A stretch of 64,000 nt of DNA from Candidatus Obscuribacteraceae bacterium. GTDB taxonomy: Bacteria; Cyanobacteriota; Vampirovibrionia; Obscuribacterales; Obscuribacteraceae. Position numbers and translations under genes: made by a program. Below are positions 59,276-64,000 of the stretch, one piece after another; within the stretch, counting starts at the first letter, position 1; each line of letters begins with the position of its first letter. The notes below the pieces were generated by a model. That model was given only the letters and a program-made list of their open reading frames with translations, did no database searches and was not told the origin of the DNA. The stretch spans positions 384,001-448,000 of the forward strand of contig JBGAHS010000007.1 in NCBI GenBank assembly GCA_044226015.1, given 5' to 3'.

Positions 59276-61972
59276 TTGTACACACCCAAGATCGGTCAGG
59301 TCTTCCAAGATAAATATCGAATACTCTCGCAGCTAGGTGCCGGCGGCATGGGGCTCGTCATGCGTGCCGAACAACTTGGTGTTGGTCGAATTGTAGCCTT
59401 GAAGTTTCTAAAAGAGTCTCGCCTCGAAGACCCTGAAAACGTCGAACGTTTTTACCGTGAATGCAAGTTGCTATCGACTCTTTCTCACCCGGGCTTGATG
59501 ATGGTGTATGGAATGGCGCTTGCCGATGAATCCACTCCGTACGCCGTTTGTGAATATATTGATGGAAAAAGTCTTTCCGCTGTATTGTCAGAAGAGGGCT
59601 CGTTGCACTGGGAAAGAGCTGTCAAAATCGCTATTCAGATTGCGGAAGCCATGGGCTATGCACACGATTGTGGTGTGATACACCGAGATCTAAAGCCTGA
59701 CAATATTCTTCTCTTATCCACTCCAGAGCCTGATTTTGTGAAGTTAATCGATTTTGGTTTGGCGAAAGCTATGATTGAATCGCAAAGCCTAATGAAGCTG
59801 ACACAAACAGGACAGCTTGTTGGCACTGCGAACTATATGAGTCCAGAAATTGTGAGTTCTCATGCCGATCAACGATCGGACATTTATTCTCTGGGCTGCG
59901 TAATGTTTGAAATGATCTCCGGTGAACCCTTGTTCACTGCTGATTCTGCAATGGGTGTGATATTTAAGCACTGCAATGAAAATGAAAACACGCGTGTGTC
60001 TCAGGGTCTAGCGGGCAAGGCACCAGCAGGGTTTCATAAAATCATTAGCCGAATGCTCAAGAAAGATCCGAAGCTGCGATATAAGAACATGCGTGAGCTA
60101 CTTTCCGATCTTAAAGCGCTGCCACACAATTCTCAACAGCTTTCCGGACATCACCTTTTTCCCTGGAAGGTGATAGCTAGTCTTGCCATATTATTGCTTG
60201 TTGCATATGCTGTTTTTTCTCAATTCATCAGCAGCAAAACCCGACCAGTAGCCAATAAATACTACAACAACTATAAAAAATCGACCTTGCCTAAGAATGG
60301 TGATTCGATGGCTGAGTTGCTCAATAGTCAAAAGAGCAATCAAGCGGCCCTTGAGTTGTCACAACAATGGCTGGACAACAATTTTGATCGAGCAACTGTC
60401 CGAGATATAGACAAGCTTAGAGTATTGTATTTACATACTGATCTTGAGTTCAGGTCTGCAAAAGTCGACCCTGTTTCTACTTTGAAAGAACTTCGTGAGA
60501 TGGAACGCCTGCTTGATTTGCCGAGCATTGTTGCTAATAAAGACAGCAAAGAACTGATCGCAATTGAGCACAATTTTGTGGTGCAAAGATTGCTGTTCTT
60601 TTTCCAGACAAAGGAGTCCATTCAAAGAGCGAAGACTTTTTTGAGTCGTATCTCTAACGTTGAGGACTTGATTGATTCCGGTGGGGCTGTGCAGCAGACC
60701 GTCAAGCAACTTATCGCTCTTGGAGAATTCGAAGAAGCCAGCGCATTTGATTCAAAATGGCTTCGATATTATTTGAAGAACCCTAATGTCCGTCCAAGCC
60801 AGTGGTACTTCACAAACATGGGTGACATAGCACTTTGTCAAAAAGATTATGCAGCTGCTAAATCGTTTTACATGACTGCTTATCGCAATTCTCTTGTACG
60901 AATTGAAGGAATCAATACCAACGCTGTCACGGAAGCTTACATGGCATCTGAATTAGGTGTTGAAGCAAGATCGAGGGTACGTGTTTTTGAGGACGAAATA
61001 CTACAAGGGCTGCCTGAACTCGCCTACAGAGTTTACTTCTTTGACAAAAGTAAGGGACGCCAACTATTCAAACATGGTTTTCAGCTGATGCAGATTGCAG
61101 ATGAATCTAACAGCGATGTGTTTACTTACATGGATAGTGACAGTTTGTCTCGTCTTGCCAGCTTTATGGGGCTAAGCGATGTAGCTGCAAAAATTTTAGA
61201 GCGGAGCGTTGATATTCCATTTCTTTCCGGGCACGGTGCAGCGGAACCACAGACCGTATTCGAAAGGCAGGTTGCACTAGTCGAAGCCTTGGTTGATCTG
61301 GGCAAGCTTGATCTTGCTAAAAGTGATTTTGAAAAATACAAGAATGGACTGATGACGGCGTTTCCTTCTCCGGAAGTGCGTCCTGCGCTTGTGTCTAGTT
61401 TTGCAGCCAGAGTAGCGAGTAAACTCTGCGAACGGGGCAGGAAAAAGGAAGCGGAGTATTATTATACTGTGGCGAAGGAATTCTTTGCTCTGAGTGAATT
61501 AAAAACAGTCGGATGCCTAGCTGATATGGCAGCTGTTCAGTTTGCAATGGGCAATCAGCAAGACGCAGGGAAGAGTTTGAATCTTGCTATCGCTGCTATT
61601 CCTGATTATTCTTTGAGAATTTGTACAACTCCTGGTGTAGATAACGTTATAGATATTAGTAGGCTTGCAGCGGCTGCGATCAGATGCGACAGGGCAAATC
61701 TTTTAGACGAGATGCTCAACTTAAAACAAGTAAAAAATGACTGCAGAGGCATTTCCGAGCCAGTTCTGCTATTTGCAGGTGGTAAGGAATTTTATAAATT
61801 TGGAAATTCATACAAGGCTGCGTCTTGTATGGGCAAAGCGAGCGAACTTCTTTTAGGACGCGATTCGATGATAATCGGACTTGTCCATTGCCTCGGACTT
61901 CAGGTTCAGGCTCGACTTTTCCTCCAGCTTTTCGAAAGCTCGAAGCAAAATCTGAAAGTTAAGGGGTCTTAG
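59276..61972 (+). CDS. Hanks-type Ser/Thr protein kinase with TM helix and large helical (TPR-like) C-terminal region
   Basis: LGAGGMG, VALK, HRDLKPDN, DFGLAK and GTANYMSPE motifs, with TM VIASLAILLLVAYAVF. TTG start with GGAGG RBS. Confidence 0.93.
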   Translation: MYTPKIGQVFQDKYRILSQLGAGGMGLVMRAEQLGVGRIVALKFLKESRLEDPENVERFYRECKLLSTLSHPGLMMVYGMALADESTPYAVCEYIDGKSLSAVLSEEGSLHWERAVKIAIQIAEAMGYAHDCGVIHRDLKPDNILLLSTPEPDFVKLIDFGLAKAMIESQSLMKLTQTGQLVGTANYMSPEIVSSHADQRSDIYSLGCVMFEMISGEPLFTADSAMGVIFKHCNENENTRVSQGLAGKAPAGFHKIISRMLKKDPKLRYKNMRELLSDLKALPHNSQQLSGHHLFPWKVIASLAILLLVAYAVFSQFISSKTRPVANKYYNNYKKSTLPKNGDSMAELLNSQKSNQAALELSQQWLDNNFDRATVRDIDKLRVLYLHTDLEFRSAKVDPVSTLKELREMERLLDLPSIVANKDSKELIAIEHNFVVQRLLFFFQTKESIQRAKTFLSRISNVEDLIDSGGAVQQTVKQLIALGEFEEASAFDSKWLRYYLKNPNVRPSQWYFTNMGDIALCQKDYAAAKSFYMTAYRNSLVRIEGINTNAVTEAYMASELGVEARSRVRVFEDEILQGLPELAYRVYFFDKSKGRQLFKHGFQLMQIADESNSDVFTYMDSDSLSRLASFMGLSDVAAKILERSVDIPFLSGHGAAEPQTVFERQVALVEALVDLGKLDLAKSDFEKYKNGLMTAFPSPEVRPALVSSFAARVASKLCERGRKKEAEYYYTVAKEFFALSELKTVGCLADMAAVQFAMGNQQDAGKSLNLAIAAIPDYSLRICTTPGVDNVIDISRLAAAAIRCDRANLLDEMLNLKQVKNDCRGISEPVLLFAGGKEFYKFGNSYKAASCMGKASELLLGRDSMIIGLVHCLGLQVQARLFLQLFESSKQNLKVKGS

Positions 61973-62666
61973 TTTTAGAACCCGATTTAGGTTTAGCAGA
62001 AGGCGCCTTGACAGAGAGCTTTTTATATTCCTGTCGGAAAATAATTGCAGCTTTATAGCGCACTCGCTCTAGCTCTTCCGCAGTGTTATAAATTGCAATT
62101 GCATCATTTGCTATCGCAACACTGGCCCCGTTGTCTGAACCAATATGTTCCTGTATCTGATCAATGCGCTTGTTGATTTTCTCGATGTCTTTTCGCCACG
62201 TTTTCCAAAGTGGTTTTATTTTTTCGGCAATTTCTTTGGAGCATTTTGAGTTATTGCTATCTATATCGCTTATGTCTTCACATAGAAGGTGAATGGTTGG
62301 TTCTAATGTGTTAACGTAGAAAACAAGCCATTCTTTGCGTGGTGGTAAATATGGTGCGTTGGGTTTTAACATGCTAGCTGTGATAGCAGTTGGGGTTGTT
62401 TCTTGTGGCATATCATTGATATGCAGTGTCACTCGCGTTGCTTCCTGGAAAATATTAACTGCTTGCTGTTTTAGCTGTGCGAGGCAAAGTCTGACATCAC
62501 GAAGGTCTGTCAACATTTCATCTGCGCTCAACGGTGTGTCTTCGTTGTTTGCGTGCATCAAGTGCATGTCGCTGCTAGCACCTTCTGCAGCCAAAACCGC
62601 TAGCTGACCTGAGCTAAGAGAGAGAAGAACCGTGCTAGAAATCGCAAATTTTTTGAAACTGTTCAT
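61959..62666 (-). CDS. Exported, mostly alpha-helical hypothetical protein
   Basis: Signal peptide ending VLA and AAGGA RBS. Its 3' end overlaps the kinase 3' end by 14 nt. Confidence 0.75.
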   Translation of the reverse strand: MNSFKKFAISSTVLLSLSSGQLAVLAAEGASSDMHLMHANNEDTPLSADEMLTDLRDVRLCLAQLKQQAVNIFQEATRVTLHINDMPQETTPTAITASMLKPNAPYLPPRKEWLVFYVNTLEPTIHLLCEDISDIDSNNSKCSKEIAEKIKPLWKTWRKDIEKINKRIDQIQEHIGSDNGASVAIANDAIAIYNTAEELERVRYKAAIIFRQEYKKLSVKAPSAKPKSGSKTKTP

Positions 62667-62680
62667 TTCATCCTTCTTTC

Positions 62681-63448
62681 TTAGAGTTTGAAGAGCTCGT
62701 CTGATAGTCCTTTGTTTACATCTGGTGGGTCAAAAAACACATAAGCATGCGAGTGTCCATCGGTGTAGGTGTTCCAAGCCAGGGGAAGCTTCGTGTGCGG
62801 GTCAAAGTAAATGATATGGGTTAGTCCGTTGTCTTTTCCTCGCATTGCCAAAATCTGAACCTGGTCTTTGAATGCGGGAATGCTGGTTGGCGCTGAAATA
62901 TTTGCTGACGCGCCATTTGCTACTTGCTTCTTTATGGAAGAGTAAAGTGAAACAAAATCACTCTCTGCAAGGCTGAAACCAGTAGGTAGTTTTATAGAGC
63001 GAGAGTCGGGTTGAATTGTCATCTTCAGAAGGCTAAGTCCACCGCCGCCTTTTCCTCTGATTTTTCCATCACTTTGTTTCACCACTACTGAGCCGTTTCG
63101 GTAGTCCGATGAAACAATTTCCGCTCTCAATCTTTCCCTTTGTTTGTAGAACAGTATGGCTCCGCCAAAGTCTTTCCACTGATCATCCTTAAAAGAGATT
63201 AAACGGCAAAAACATTTGTAGTCTTGCAGGTCAGATGCAGCGTTTTGAAGAGCATCTATAAAGTTGGGACTGACTGCATTCTTCGTTAGCTTTTCCACTG
63301 TGCTTGTGTCTGGCAGTTTGTCCTTTATTTCGTGCGGAGATGCCGCATTGGCGGGGCTTAGCTGGCTCAAAAGAATGGTTGAACCTAACACTACGCTTAA
63401 ACAAAGCTTCGATAGCATCGCAAGAACTCCAGTACAGCGAAACGTCAT
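62681..63448 (-). CDS. Exported protein, LolA-like/DUF1571-like fold
   Basis: Signal ends in ANA. Beta-rich core (...RAEI...GSVVV...GKIRG.GGG...PDS...SDF...IYFDP..KLP) and the terminal GLSDELF resemble LolA-fold proteins. The start may be the second Met. Confidence 0.55.
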   Translation of the reverse strand: MTFRCTGVLAMLSKLCLSVVLGSTILLSQLSPANAASPHEIKDKLPDTSTVEKLTKNAVSPNFIDALQNAASDLQDYKCFCRLISFKDDQWKDFGGAILFYKQRERLRAEIVSSDYRNGSVVVKQSDGKIRGKGGGGLSLLKMTIQPDSRSIKLPTGFSLAESDFVSLYSSIKKQVANGASANISAPTSIPAFKDQVQILAMRGKDNGLTHIIYFDPHTKLPLAWNTYTDGHSHAYVFFDPPDVNKGLSDELFKL

Positions 63449-63513
63449 TTTACACGCATTCTTGCTGACACCGCTCCAAGATGTTTGCTTTGTTTAGCAA
63501 CTTAAGTTCTCTT

Positions 63514-63825
63514 TTAATTCAAAACCCCCATAACTTTGAGCAGTTGTGAGATGCAAATCATTAGTGGCAGAAATCCCAAAATGATGAAGAGTGCCGAAAG
63601 AAGAGCCATCTGGTCGCTTTTCTGTGCTTGATTATGCAGTGAGATTGAATCAACCTTTTCAAAGTCAATTTCGTGGGACGAACAGCCGGACTGCAAGACA
63701 GCCCTGGCTCTTCTCTCTTGTGCTAAATTCAATTCTCGACGTGATCTTACGGCTTCCTTCCACAGAAGAGCACCGATAAAGTAAGAAAGTAAGGAAAGTA
63801 TGATAGGAACCAGGCTCTGGCTCAT
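63514..63825 (-). CDS. Small two-TM membrane protein
   Basis: Two hydrophobic helices and a GAGG RBS upstream of ATG 63825. Confidence 0.6.
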   Translation of the reverse strand: MSQSLVPIILSLLSYFIGALLWKEAVRSRRELNLAQERRARAVLQSGCSSHEIDFEKVDSISLHNQAQKSDQMALLSALFIILGFLPLMICISQLLKVMGVLN

Positions 63826-64000
63826 AATGCTGCCTCAATTTATAGACGTTAACGGGTGTACCTGAATAATTAGGAAGTCCCTGGGCCATTTGCACGACAA
63901 TTGCACCCCTGGGCATTATTCTTGAGGTGTGTTGGTGAGGGTTGTTTGAGTGGAAAGCTGTCGATTCGAGTTGCCGCAAGCTGAGAGCCAAGTCAAAAAC

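Noticed and set aside
63665..63991. 108-aa minus-strand ORF at the window end
   Set aside because: It has a TTG start, overlaps the better-supported 63514..63825 gene out of frame and has no motifs.

Overview
This is a bacterial chromosomal window in which about 61% of the bases (about 39 kb) encode three paralogous giant Gly/Ser/Thr/Asn-rich, probably beta-helical exoproteins. Giant-1 (<1..20661, +) is over 6,880 aa and is cut off by the window edge. It carries 21 tandem modules that each hold a Cys-Cys pair plus one more Cys, and it ends in a globular, possibly FecR-like region. Giant-2 (36504..45701, -) and Giant-3 (49155..58265, +) are divergently oriented, about 3,050 aa each and collinear. 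They share a Sec-type signal peptide, an N-terminal domain with no canonical TPS NPNG motif, a late CxxC and a C-terminal PI[SG][YF]...DDGLE tail. No transporter (TpsB, T1SS or autotransporter barrel) is visible in the window. Between the giants are an S53 (sedolisin/kumamolisin) protease with an unusual hydrophobic N-terminal extension, pirin, an ABM-domain membrane protein, an aldo/keto reductase, a DUF1345-like protein, a Zn-ribbon/repeat-rich membrane protein, a HAD-like/LysR divergon, TrhO, a 5'-3' exonuclease, a TonB-C-like exported protein, a lactonase, two monoheme cytochromes c around a TPR gene and a USP. After Giant-3 come a Hanks-type Ser/Thr kinase and several exported hypothetical proteins. 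The gene repertoire suggests Melainabacteria/Vampirovibrionia (Obscuribacterales-like), which is an inference only. No rRNA, tRNA, CRISPR array or IS element was recognised. The best candidate for an undescribed system is the giant exoprotein family with its shared N-terminal domain and C-terminal motif.
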